Below, in pieces: positions 1 through 7,173 of a stretch of 38,945 nucleotides of DNA. The stretch covers positions 1 to 38,945 of the forward strand of contig JBEIJY010000026.1 of NCBI GenBank assembly GCA_040380025.1. The letters are read 5' to 3'. Position 1 is the first letter of the stretch, and the number at the start of each line of letters is the position of its first letter. The notes under the pieces were generated by a model that had not been told where the DNA came from, did no database searches, and saw only the letters and a program-made list of their open reading frames with translations. Source of the DNA: Bdellovibrionales bacterium. GTDB lineage: Bacteria; Bdellovibrionota; UBA1018; CAIMNF01. The position numbers and the translations under genes are program-made.

Positions 1-1133
1 AGCGAAGGATTCGCATCGAGCATCCGTCCCGCAACCGAGGTCACAAAGGGTGCCGCCTGCGAGGTGCCGTTCACCGTTAGGTGCGCGTTTCCGGGAATGG
101 CCGAGAGAATCGCCACTCCGGGGGCGGCAACCTCGACCATGGAGGCACCGAAGTTCGAGAACGAAGCAAGACGCTGGTAGCCGTTCGTCGCGGCAACCGT
201 GATCGTGTTGTCGCGCTTCACGTTGGCGGGAGAAGTCGGGTACCGGTCGTTGTCCATGCCGTCGTTTCCGGCTGCGATCACAAACAAAGTGCTCGGAGCG
301 GGACTCACGAACGCCTCGGCCGCCTTCACCACCTGGCCAACAAAAAAGACGGCATAGGTGTCGAGTTCGGTGTCGGTCGGATCACGACGGAGGATCTTCG
401 AAAGAAGGGGCTTCAGGAATCCCTTCGCGGCGCGAGTGCTCGTTCCGAACGAACAGTTCGCAAGACGGGCCTTTTGCGCGCCCACGTATTTTCCGATCGG
501 AGCGAGCTGACGGCCCTGCTGTTGGGCAAGAAAGCTCAGGCCCTTCCGGATGAGCCAATCCGAGATTCCGCGTTCGCGGGATTCCTCGAACGCATCCTCC
601 GCACTCCTGCCCCCCACAGTCGGGGCCTTGGTCGGAATGAGCTTGATCGCCATGATCTTTGCATCGTCCGCCCCGTTCGCTGCGATTCCCGCCACATGGG
701 TGCCATGGATGAAGTTTCCGAACACGCCGAGCTCGGCGATGAACTTCTGGTCGCGGACTTTTTGCTTGAGCCAGTCGACCTCCTCGGTCGAGGCCAGGCC
801 CTGCATGATACGGGTTTGGACCTCAAAAAACCGGTACGCATCGGCCGAGAACGTGCCCAAAAGCGACTTGTCGTAGAGCTTGTTGTTCCCCTCGGCGAAG
901 TTCCAGCCGTTCACATCGTCGATGAGCCCGTTGTTGTCGTTGTCGACCGCATCGTCGACGTCTTTCGGGTTGATCCATTTTTTGTTGCGAAGGTCCTGAT
1001 GATCGAGCGCGGTGCCCGAGTCGATGATCGCAATCACCGATGCGCGGGCGCCTTCGGCGATTCCGAGTGCGGCGAGGGCGACGAGAAGTGTCTTTAGTTT
1101 CAGTGTTTTCGATTTCAGTGTTTTCGACTTCAT
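1..1133 (-). CDS. S8 (subtilisin-like) serine peptidase, secreted; 3' end runs off the window
   Basis: Not in the ORF track; translated by hand from ATG 1133 (GGAG upstream): MKSKTLKSKTLKLKTLLVALAALG...IAIIDSG...HGTHVAG...AAGND...NGTSQAAP, giving the Asp/His/Ser triad and oxyanion Asn. Confidence 0.93.
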   Translation of the reverse strand, partial: MKSKTLKSKTLKLKTLLVALAALGIAEGARASVIAIIDSGTALDHQDLRNKKWINPKDVDDAVDNDNNGLIDDVNGWNFAEGNNKLYDKSLLGTFSADAYRFFEVQTRIMQGLASTEEVDWLKQKVRDQKFIAELGVFGNFIHGTHVAGIAANGADDAKIMAIKLIPTKAPTVGGRSAEDAFEESRERGISDWLIRKGLSFLAQQQGRQLAPIGKYVGAQKARLANCSFGTSTRAAKGFLKPLLSKILRRDPTDTELDTYAVFFVGQVVKAAEAFVSPAPSTLFVIAAGNDGMDNDRYPTSPANVKRDNTITVAATNGYQRLASFSNFGASMVEVAAPGVAILSAIPGNAHLTVNGTSQAAPFVTSVAGRMLDANPS

Positions 1134-1166
1134 AGTTGAATTCTCCTTGCGTTTGCGTTTCGAGGA

Positions 1167-1940
1167 TCAGTTTTCCTTGCGGATCGCTTCGCGAAGCTCA
1201 TCGACGGTGTTGTACTTCAGCTCGCGCGGGCCGATCTCGAGGCTCTGGCGGGAAGCGCGGAAGATCCAGTCCGAGACTGTCGGTGCCACATAGCGTCCCA
1301 TCGCGAACTCAAGCCGGTCGGCCGCGGGTTTGCACACTTTCTTCAGGTCGCTCTGCCCTTGGCGTTGGGCGATGATCTGGCAGGCGTAGAAGGTCACGTA
1401 ATAAGTGACCACCTTGGCGAAGGGAATGAAATGCTTTCGATACTCGATGCGAAGATCGAGCCCTTGGGAAGCCGCATCGGTGCGCCAGGCCCCTCCGGGA
1501 TGAAACACCACGGGGATCGCGTAGTTCAGCATCAGCAGGTTCTTCACGATCGGAAGGGTGTAGATGATCGTACCGAAGCGCGCGGCCATTTTTGCCAGAT
1601 ACTGATCGAGCCAGGCGAAGAGCGGGGCGTGATCGCCGAGATCCTGTGCCTTCGCGGCCGAAAGAGCGGTAAGGAACGAGGAGCCTTGCCAACGAGAGAG
1701 AAGCTCGTCCGCAAGAGCGCGATCTCCGAACTCGGCGCGGATCTGGTCGGCAAGCGAGCGGATCGCGCCGTCCATTCCCTTTTGGCCGAACGAGACGAAG
1801 TTCTTCTGCTCCAGCGCCTCGACAAATTGGTTCCGCACATCGATCGCCGCCTGAAGGGCGGGCGAATCATCGACGGCTTGGGCGCTTGCGCCTGACGAAA
1901 TGAACAAAACGGATGCGAACAGAACGAGAGTCGCTCTCAT
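1167..1940 (-). CDS. Secreted hypothetical protein
   Basis: Long ORF; preferred start MRATLVLFASVLF (signal peptide, GGGGGA upstream); co-oriented with the S8 gene. Confidence 0.8.
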   Translation of the reverse strand: MRATLVLFASVLFISSGASAQAVDDSPALQAAIDVRNQFVEALEQKNFVSFGQKGMDGAIRSLADQIRAEFGDRALADELLSRWQGSSFLTALSAAKAQDLGDHAPLFAWLDQYLAKMAARFGTIIYTLPIVKNLLMLNYAIPVVFHPGGAWRTDAASQGLDLRIEYRKHFIPFAKVVTYYVTFYACQIIAQRQGQSDLKKVCKPAADRLEFAMGRYVAPTVSDWIFRASRQSLEIGPRELKYNTVDELREAIRKEN

Positions 1941-2035
1941 GGTTTCCCCCTGACGACGGTTTTTCCTGAATCCCCAGGGGGCAGTGTACAACGGGACCCG
2001 TCAAAAAAAAGTCAAAAAAACGAATTTCATTGATT

Positions 2036-2542
2036 TTATCGATTTCTCTTCAGGACCGACCCCGCCCAGTCGGGGGCCGACAGGGGCGAGCCCGAACCAG
2101 ACGCCCCCCCCGAGGAGGATGATTTTCTTCGGAGACGGGTCTTCGGGCGAGACTCGGACTCGAGAATCATCTGGGACATTTTACGAATCAGCGCCAAGGG
2201 GTCCGGACTGCGCTTCATGACCTGAAACCGCCCCCGAAGAGCCATTTCGGCCTCGATATCGGCCAAATGAGGCTCCGAAAGATAAATGGCCGGGACGGTT
2301 TCGATGAATCCACGGGTTTTTTCGACCAACTCGAGTACGCTCCCCTCGGCAAAATCGAGGGTCACGACCATCAAATCGGGAGTCTCTTTTTCGAGCCGCT
2401 CGAGGGTGGTCGAAACCCGACTCGGGCAGAACTCGTATTGGGCCGGAAACGAGAGCAAACCTCCGCGAATCAGATTCTCGAACCGGGTCTGATCGTCAAT
2501 AAAGAGGACCGAGCGCTGAAAGGTGAACGGAGGATGTGCCAT
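2036..2542 (-). CDS. Atypical receiver (REC-like) domain protein with a basic tail
   Basis: VLFIDD...PDLMVVTLDF...VPAIYLS pattern of a CheY-like fold. Confidence 0.7.
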   Translation of the reverse strand: MAHPPFTFQRSVLFIDDQTRFENLIRGGLLSFPAQYEFCPSRVSTTLERLEKETPDLMVVTLDFAEGSVLELVEKTRGFIETVPAIYLSEPHLADIEAEMALRGRFQVMKRSPDPLALIRKMSQMILESESRPKTRLRRKSSSSGGASGSGSPLSAPDWAGSVLKRNR

Positions 2543-2625
2543 TCCACTATTCTACCTGATCTGACTGATCCAACCGAAAGAAAGTTTATATAAATTAAGA
2601 ATTCGCGTGCTTTGTGGCCGGCGAA

Positions 2626-2829
2626 TTAGTGATGGGAGCCGCCTTCGCAACGGTAGGTATTGATCCCCAAAAGCGAGGTCAGCGGGCAAAACCGCATCAG
2701 ACCGGTTCCGAGAAGAACTACCCCCAGGTAGCCCCACTGCCCGATCGTGCCGTAAAGGGCGCCGTACAAAAGACACACCCCTACAAAAATACGAAGAAAG
2801 CTCTCGAGATTGCCAACGTTCAGTTTCAT
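2626..2829 (-). CDS. DUF2892 / YgaP-like small membrane protein
   Basis: NVGNLESFLRIFVG...TGLMRFCPLTSLLGINT signature; AGGAG upstream. Confidence 0.9.
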   Translation of the reverse strand: MKLNVGNLESFLRIFVGVCLLYGALYGTIGQWGYLGVVLLGTGLMRFCPLTSLLGINTYRCEGGSHH

Positions 2830-2859
2830 GGTTTGCTCCTTTTATTCTGAATCCGAAAC

Positions 2860-3294
2860 TCACGGGGTTATGGTGAATGTGCCACCGATACTATTATTAA
2901 TGTCTGAAAAAGAAAACGTTCCCGTTTGACGGAACTGATAAGAATCGATCAGGGTCGTGCTCGAAGGTCCGCGAACCGGGCTTGAATACAGGGGAGAAAT
3001 CACGATTTGATGATTGTTGGTGATTCCCACATACGTGAAGTTGACCACGGTGCCGGTTCGAATGGTGCAAAGGAGACTGCCAGCGGAAGAGAAGTACTGA
3101 CCGGAAGGCTCGGTGCACCCGCAAACCCTTTGCATGGCCGTGTCGAACACCGCGATTTGCGCTGTGCCGGTCGGACACGAGGAATCCGGCCCTCCCAAAC
3201 CAATGGCGCCGCAACCGCCCACGGCCAGAGCCAGGCCGAGGGTCGCCGAAATTCGTCGAGTTTTCGGAGTGTTACGACTTTTGAACATCAGCAT
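2860..3294 (-). CDS. Putative lipoprotein, possibly with a cupredoxin-like beta domain
   Basis: Basic N-terminus, hydrophobic stretch, lipobox-like AVGGC; TIRTGTVVNF...HQI...FRQTGTFSF...GTFTITP. Start is 3294 or 3288. Confidence 0.6.
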   Translation of the reverse strand: MLMFKSRNTPKTRRISATLGLALAVGGCGAIGLGGPDSSCPTGTAQIAVFDTAMQRVCGCTEPSGQYFSSAGSLLCTIRTGTVVNFTYVGITNNHQIVISPLYSSPVRGPSSTTLIDSYQFRQTGTFSFSDINNSIGGTFTITP

Positions 3295-3325
3295 CAGTTT
3301 CTCAGGACTGACCCCGAAAATCAAA

Positions 3326-3354
3326 TTGATAAAAATCCGAACCTCGGGTACTGT
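3326..3354 (+). promoter_or_regulatory. sigma70-like promoter of the tRNA
   Basis: TTGATA-N17-TACTGT. Confidence 0.6.
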
Positions 3355-3375
3355 CTCGGTTCTCTTATCGTGTGC

Positions 3376-3453
3376 GGACCCGTAGCTCAGTTGGATTAGA
3401 GCGTCACACTACGGATGTGAAGGTCATAGGTTCGAGCCCTTTCGGGTCCGCCA
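3376..3453 (+). tRNA. tRNA-Arg(ACG)
   Basis: Acceptor stem GGACCCG/CGGGTCC-G-CCA, D-arm GCTC/GAGC, anticodon arm TCACA-CT-ACG-GA-TGTGA, T-loop TTCGAGC. Confidence 0.97.
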
Positions 3454-3644
3454 TTTTTCTCCCCCTTTCGGATTCAACAATCAAAACTTTCAGCGTTCCT
3501 TCTTCCCGTTTTCAGGGAACACTCCTGCGGCCATCCATGGCCTCTCAGCCGGGAGCATCCATGGCTGAGAAGTCGTATTCCCTGAAAACGGGAAGACGGA
3601 ACGCTTCAAAACTTCGCCTGTTGAATCCGAGAGGGGGAGAAAAA
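3454..3644. repeat. Nested inverted-repeat (MITE/REPIN-like) element abutting the tRNA CCA
   Basis: 3454-3479 vs 3619-3644 are complementary at 25/26; 3492-3519 vs 3578-3605 at 27/28; inner GGCCATCCATGGCC (3529-3542) and a TCTCAGCC/GGCTGAGA hairpin (3543-3570). Confidence 0.9.
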
Positions 3645-3811
3645 AGCGAACCAGCGAAGCGGGTGAGCGATGGCGGACCCGAAAGGGCGAGAAGCGAGGA
3701 CCGCGTGTAGACTCAATGTCTGCTTGCGAGCAGGAGGCGAGCAAAGCGGTTCGAGGTGGCCAGGCGGAGGGCGAACGTGAAGTGAGCCCGAGCGCTTGGC
3801 CGAGCCCGAAG
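3635..3811 (+). repeat. Structured repeat, copy 1 (full length)
   Basis: 3635-3669 is identical to 6272-6306; 3756-3811 matches 6307-6362 at 52/56. Confidence 0.92.
3670..3688 (-). repeat. Inverted copy of the tRNA-Arg 3' end
   Basis: ATGGCGGACCCGAAAGGGC is the exact reverse complement of 3436-3454. Confidence 0.95.
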
Positions 3812-3817
3812 TCCTGA

Positions 3818-3847
3818 TTGACTTCGACATTAGTATAGTGTACTATA
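3818..3847 (+). promoter_or_regulatory. TA operon promoter with an overlapping palindromic operator
   Basis: TTGACT-N17-TACTAT; palindrome TATAGT-GT-ACTATA (3834-3847) overlaps the -10. Confidence 0.75.
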
Positions 3848-3856
3848 GTGTTTAAC

Positions 3857-4213
3857 ATGGGCCAATTCAAATTCGTGCTCTGGTTAGCCTACTGGTATCT
3901 TCAAAATGATTCCTTCGAATTTGATTGGGATGGGGGCAACTCCACCAAGAGCACAACCAAACACGGCGTAAGCACAGAGGAGGTCGAATCCGTATTCAAC
4001 TTGCGAATGGCCGTCCCCATTGGACGCCAAGTGAGCCCGATGGTGGATGAAGAACGGCTTTGCGTGGTTGGCCCCACCCTCAATGAAAAATTCATTTCCG
4101 TGGTCTTTACTTTACGGGATGGCAAGATCCGCCCCATCAGCTCAAGACCCGCAAACAAAAAGGAGAAGCTCGTCTATGAAGAAGTACGCAAAGCGCTTGA
4201 AGGAATACGATAA
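3857..4213 (+). CDS. brnT: BrnT family ribonuclease toxin (DUF497)
   Basis: FEFDWDGGNSTKSTTKHGVSTEEVESVF...IRPISSRPANKKE; alternative GTG start at 3848. Confidence 0.88.
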   Translation: MGQFKFVLWLAYWYLQNDSFEFDWDGGNSTKSTTKHGVSTEEVESVFNLRMAVPIGRQVSPMVDEERLCVVGPTLNEKFISVVFTLRDGKIRPISSRPANKKEKLVYEEVRKALEGIR

Positions 4214-4412
4214 GGTTGATTTTGACCCCAAAGAAATCATTGAGGGCATGAGCCGTCTGAAGGGCGCTCGCCGCAAACCCACCAGCGTGGCCCTCGAGGA
4301 AGACCTCTTGAAAGAGCTAAAAAGTCTCGCACAAAAGCGCGGAGTTCCCTATCAGGTTCTCATGCGCCTTTTGATTGCAGATGGCGTGAAGCGACTAAAG
4401 GACGCGGCTTAA
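4176..4412 (+). CDS. CopG/BrnA-type ribbon-helix-helix antitoxin
   Basis: AGGAG at 4161-4165; overlaps the toxin end; KPTSVALEEDLLKELKSLAQKRGVPYQVLMRLLI. Confidence 0.85.
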   Translation: MKKYAKRLKEYDKVDFDPKEIIEGMSRLKGARRKPTSVALEEDLLKELKSLAQKRGVPYQVLMRLLIADGVKRLKDAA

Positions 4413-4447
4413 CTCGGGGTGCACACTCGGCTCTAAAATCATCCACC

Positions 4448-4463
4448 CGGGCCCGCCATTTTT
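4448..4463 (+). repeat. Direct, att-like copy of the tRNA 3' end
   Basis: CGGGCCCGCCATTTTT vs tRNA CGGGTCCGCCATTTTT (3443-3458), 15/16. Confidence 0.8.
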
Positions 4464-4575
4464 TTCAAACCCACTCATAAAAATTCAAATACCCTTTTTC
4501 AGGCATCGGACTGTCAGGCCATACGGCCTGCTGACGAGCACTCGGCCGAACCTCACGAAAAGAAATCACCCGAAC

Positions 4576-5643
4576 CTATTTGATTTCGGGTTCTGCACAC
4601 CCCTTGTCTTTGCACTCCTTTTTGTCTCCCGCTACTTGCTCACAATCATAGCGGCACTTCATGTTATTGACCCCGCCACTTGCAATCAGGTTCAGGCGCT
4701 CCTGAAAAGAATGTCGCGGGTAAGAACCCAAGGACTCGACCGAGAAAATCGTCATGGGCTCGAATGGACCACTTTCGATGATGCCATCCGGAATGGAAAC
4801 TGGCTTACTGGCCACGCGCTCTTCGAGCTCTTTCGGCGTGAAAGAAAAGTCTCCCCACTTGGTCATTTCCACATCCGTAGCATCGATCTTCTCAAGCAGA
4901 CTCTGCGCATTTTGGTACTCGTGGGATCCGCCATAAGGAAGTTTCAAAAGTTCTGATAACTCATGCCCGTGCGCTCCCCGGTATTTCTGATTTCGATCTG
5001 GCCGGAACGGATCCTGAGTGGTGTTGATGAGGCTCCAACTTTTGTCATCGCCGGGCTTCAACTGCACCATGACGAACACATGGCCTGAGGCGCCTCCCTT
5101 ATAGTTTGCATTTCTGGATTGGCCGCGCTTTCCAGGGCAGATTTTTTTGAGATCGTCATTGTTGACCGCAGATACAATTCGAACCCGATCCCGAGAGACC
5201 CCCGAGGCCTCAAGCAAACTTGCAAAACTCCTCGCATGAGCATTGCAATGCCCCCCACATCGGTACCGAAGAATTTGCTCGGTAGTTCTCTGGGCATCAA
5301 GCTCATACCCTCCGTCTCCGAAGATCTTGCGAATTTCCGCCTGATCTCTTTCGCCAAGCTCCTGAAACGGGGGCCTCCCCTCTCCTTCCTTATTGAACCC
5401 AAAATTATGAAGATAGTTGTTGTGGTTCAAAAGCCAAAGGAGCTTATTGATCCGCACTTGAATCGGGTCAGCATCTGAAATCTGGGATTGCTTGAGTGCA
5501 TTGCCTACAGGATTTTTCCGGGATTCTTCGAATTCCTCGGCCCAACTTCCAGGCGCAGTGGATGGGGACGGAGATGTCTGGGCGAGGCAGATCGAGTGCA
5601 AGATAAGCAACGGGGCGAAATATCGAAGCATCTTCAAAAGCAT
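4576..5643 (-). CDS. Secreted transglutaminase-like (Cys-His) protein
   Basis: Signal peptide; GGHCNAHARSFASLLEASGV...GHVFVMV...WSLINTT. Start is 5643 or 5631. Confidence 0.7.
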   Translation of the reverse strand: MLLKMLRYFAPLLILHSICLAQTSPSPSTAPGSWAEEFEESRKNPVGNALKQSQISDADPIQVRINKLLWLLNHNNYLHNFGFNKEGEGRPPFQELGERDQAEIRKIFGDGGYELDAQRTTEQILRYRCGGHCNAHARSFASLLEASGVSRDRVRIVSAVNNDDLKKICPGKRGQSRNANYKGGASGHVFVMVQLKPGDDKSWSLINTTQDPFRPDRNQKYRGAHGHELSELLKLPYGGSHEYQNAQSLLEKIDATDVEMTKWGDFSFTPKELEERVASKPVSIPDGIIESGPFEPMTIFSVESLGSYPRHSFQERLNLIASGGVNNMKCRYDCEQVAGDKKECKDKGCAEPEIK

Positions 5644-5720
5644 AGCCGTGTCCAGAACCCAACGCAATATTCAGGCCTCACTCATTTCTTCTACATCACC
5701 CGACTCTAGCGGAAGTCAGT

Positions 5721-5735
5721 TGGCCTATCTTTTGC
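5721..5735 (+). promoter_or_regulatory. sigma54-like -24/-12 promoter
   Basis: TGGCCTATCTTTTGC (GG-N10-GC). Confidence 0.55.
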
Positions 5736-5748
5736 CTGTTCCAAAGCC

Positions 5749-6264
5749 ATGCCCAATCCTGCTATCGCTGGAATCGAATCCAAAATTTATTTCATTCGCG
5801 ACCAAAAGGTCCTGCTCGACTCCGATCTCGCCCTTCTTTACGGAGTAGAAACCCGAGTCCTCAATCAAGCTGTCCGGCGAAACAAAGATCGTTTTCCGTC
5901 CGACTTCATGTTCCAACTATCTGAAAACGAATGGGATTTTTTGAAGTCACATTTTGTGACTTCAAACACCGGGCGCGGCGGAAAACAAAAACTCCCCCTG
6001 GTCTTCACTGAATATGGGGTAGCGATGCTTTCAAGTGTGCTCAAGAGCGAGCGGGCAATCCAAGTGAACATCTCGATCATGCGAACTTTCGGACGGCTTC
6101 GCGAGATCCTGAATTCGAACAAGGAGCTGTCCAAACGACTCCTGGAACTTGAATCCCGATACGATGAACATTTCAGGGAGGTATTCCGGGCAATTCGGGA
6201 TCTGATGTCAGAGCGATCCGTCCCATTGAAGCGAATCACCGGACTCTCAAAGAAGGATGGGTAA
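5749..6264 (+). CDS. ORF6N (KilA-N-like) DNA-binding protein
   Basis: IYFIRDQKVLLDSDLALLYGV...VRRNKDRFPSDFMFQL...FTEYGVAMLSSVLKSERA plus a C-terminal coiled coil. Confidence 0.93.
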   Translation: MPNPAIAGIESKIYFIRDQKVLLDSDLALLYGVETRVLNQAVRRNKDRFPSDFMFQLSENEWDFLKSHFVTSNTGRGGKQKLPLVFTEYGVAMLSSVLKSERAIQVNISIMRTFGRLREILNSNKELSKRLLELESRYDEHFREVFRAIRDLMSERSVPLKRITGLSKKDG

Positions 6265-6271
6265 CCTGAGC

Positions 6272-6362
6272 GGGAGAAAAAAGCGAACCAGCGAAGCGGG
6301 TGAGCGGTGGCCAGGCGGAGAACGAACATGACGTGAGCCCGAGCGCTTGGCCGAGCCCGAAG
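6272..6362 (+). repeat. Structured repeat, copy 2 (lacks the 86 bp equivalent to 3670-3755)
   Basis: Direct alignment with 3635-3811. Confidence 0.92.
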
Positions 6363-6392
6363 GGTTTGCTCCCCATAATAGCACCCCGCATT

Positions 6393-6408
6393 TGGCACGA
6401 TGCCTGCT
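6393..6408 (+). promoter_or_regulatory. sigma54-like -24/-12 promoter
   Basis: TGGCACGATGCCTGCT, close to the consensus TGGCACG-N4-TTGCW. Confidence 0.65.
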
Positions 6409-6420
6409 CTGAGCCACTTC

Positions 6421-6765
6421 ATGTCTATGCAAAACAATATCGAGACGCCCGGGATCGATACCAGAATTTACATCGTCCGCGGTGAAACAGTGATGCTGGA
6501 TTCCGATCTTGCCTCGCTTTATCAGGTACCGACCAAAAGACTGAAGGAACAAGTGAGGCGTAATATCAACCGATTTCCATCCGACTTTATGTTCCAACTC
6601 AATGAAATTGAGTGGGATTTTTTGAGGTCGCAAATTGCGACCTCAAAATCAGGGCGGGGCGGAAATCGCATCTTGCCGGTTGCATTCACAGAACACGGCA
6701 TAGCCATGCATTTTCCAAGAAAACATCTGGAACCTCCGCAAATGGCGCGTGACCACAATCCATAA
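6421..6765 (+). pseudogene. Second ORF6N gene, truncated at ~6709
   Basis: About 60% aa identity (51/85, counted by hand) to the first copy up to FTEHGIAM, then reads into the antisense of the hydrolase remnant. Confidence 0.85.
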
Positions 6766-7073
6766 CTACGAACTCCGCTTGGCGGATCGCTTTCGCCGCT
6801 TCGAGGCCATCCTTCTTTGATGAAATCGCAGGGTCCTTCTCTCCGAATATCAAAAGCACAGGACATTGAATCCATTTTGCTTTCTCCCTCAGATCGAATT
6901 CTGGATTCAAAAAACTCCGCCGTCTTAGTCCCGGGATTCGATGGAAGAGGCGAATTTCCGTATCCCGGCCAGTCCCAGCTATCACCAGGATTCGCATGAA
7001 GGAGCACCAACGGCGGTCCCTCACCCTTTTCCGTATAATGAAGTAAGCCTTTAGACGTTTTTATCAATGGCAT
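6686..7073 (-). pseudogene. Alpha/beta hydrolase remnant with internal deletions and a frameshift
   Basis: LHYTEKGEGPPLVLLHANPGDS, then DWPGYGNS, then in another frame IQCPVLLIFGEKD...CGHAPFAEVP; the GxSxG region is missing. Confidence 0.85.
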
Positions 7074-7173
7074 ACCTGATTCTGCCAGTATCATGGCCAC
7101 GCGCCAGCCCGGCAAATCCACGGTCCGAACCCAAATTTGACCAAACGCGTCAAGAGTGGTACCTTTCGCGCCC

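Noticed and set aside
81..1097. 338-aa plus-strand ORF
   Set aside because: Antisense shadow of the S8 protease.
4514..4530. CAGGCC-ATAC-GGCCTG hairpin between convergent genes
   Set aside because: Possible terminator, but no adjacent U-tract on either strand.
3454..6362. CRISPR array or classical integron
   Set aside because: Only two long repeat copies, no regular spacers, no cas or intI genes, and no clear attC R-box pattern.
3376..7073. Prophage at the tRNA
   Set aside because: No integrase, replication or structural genes; ORF6N alone is not sufficient.
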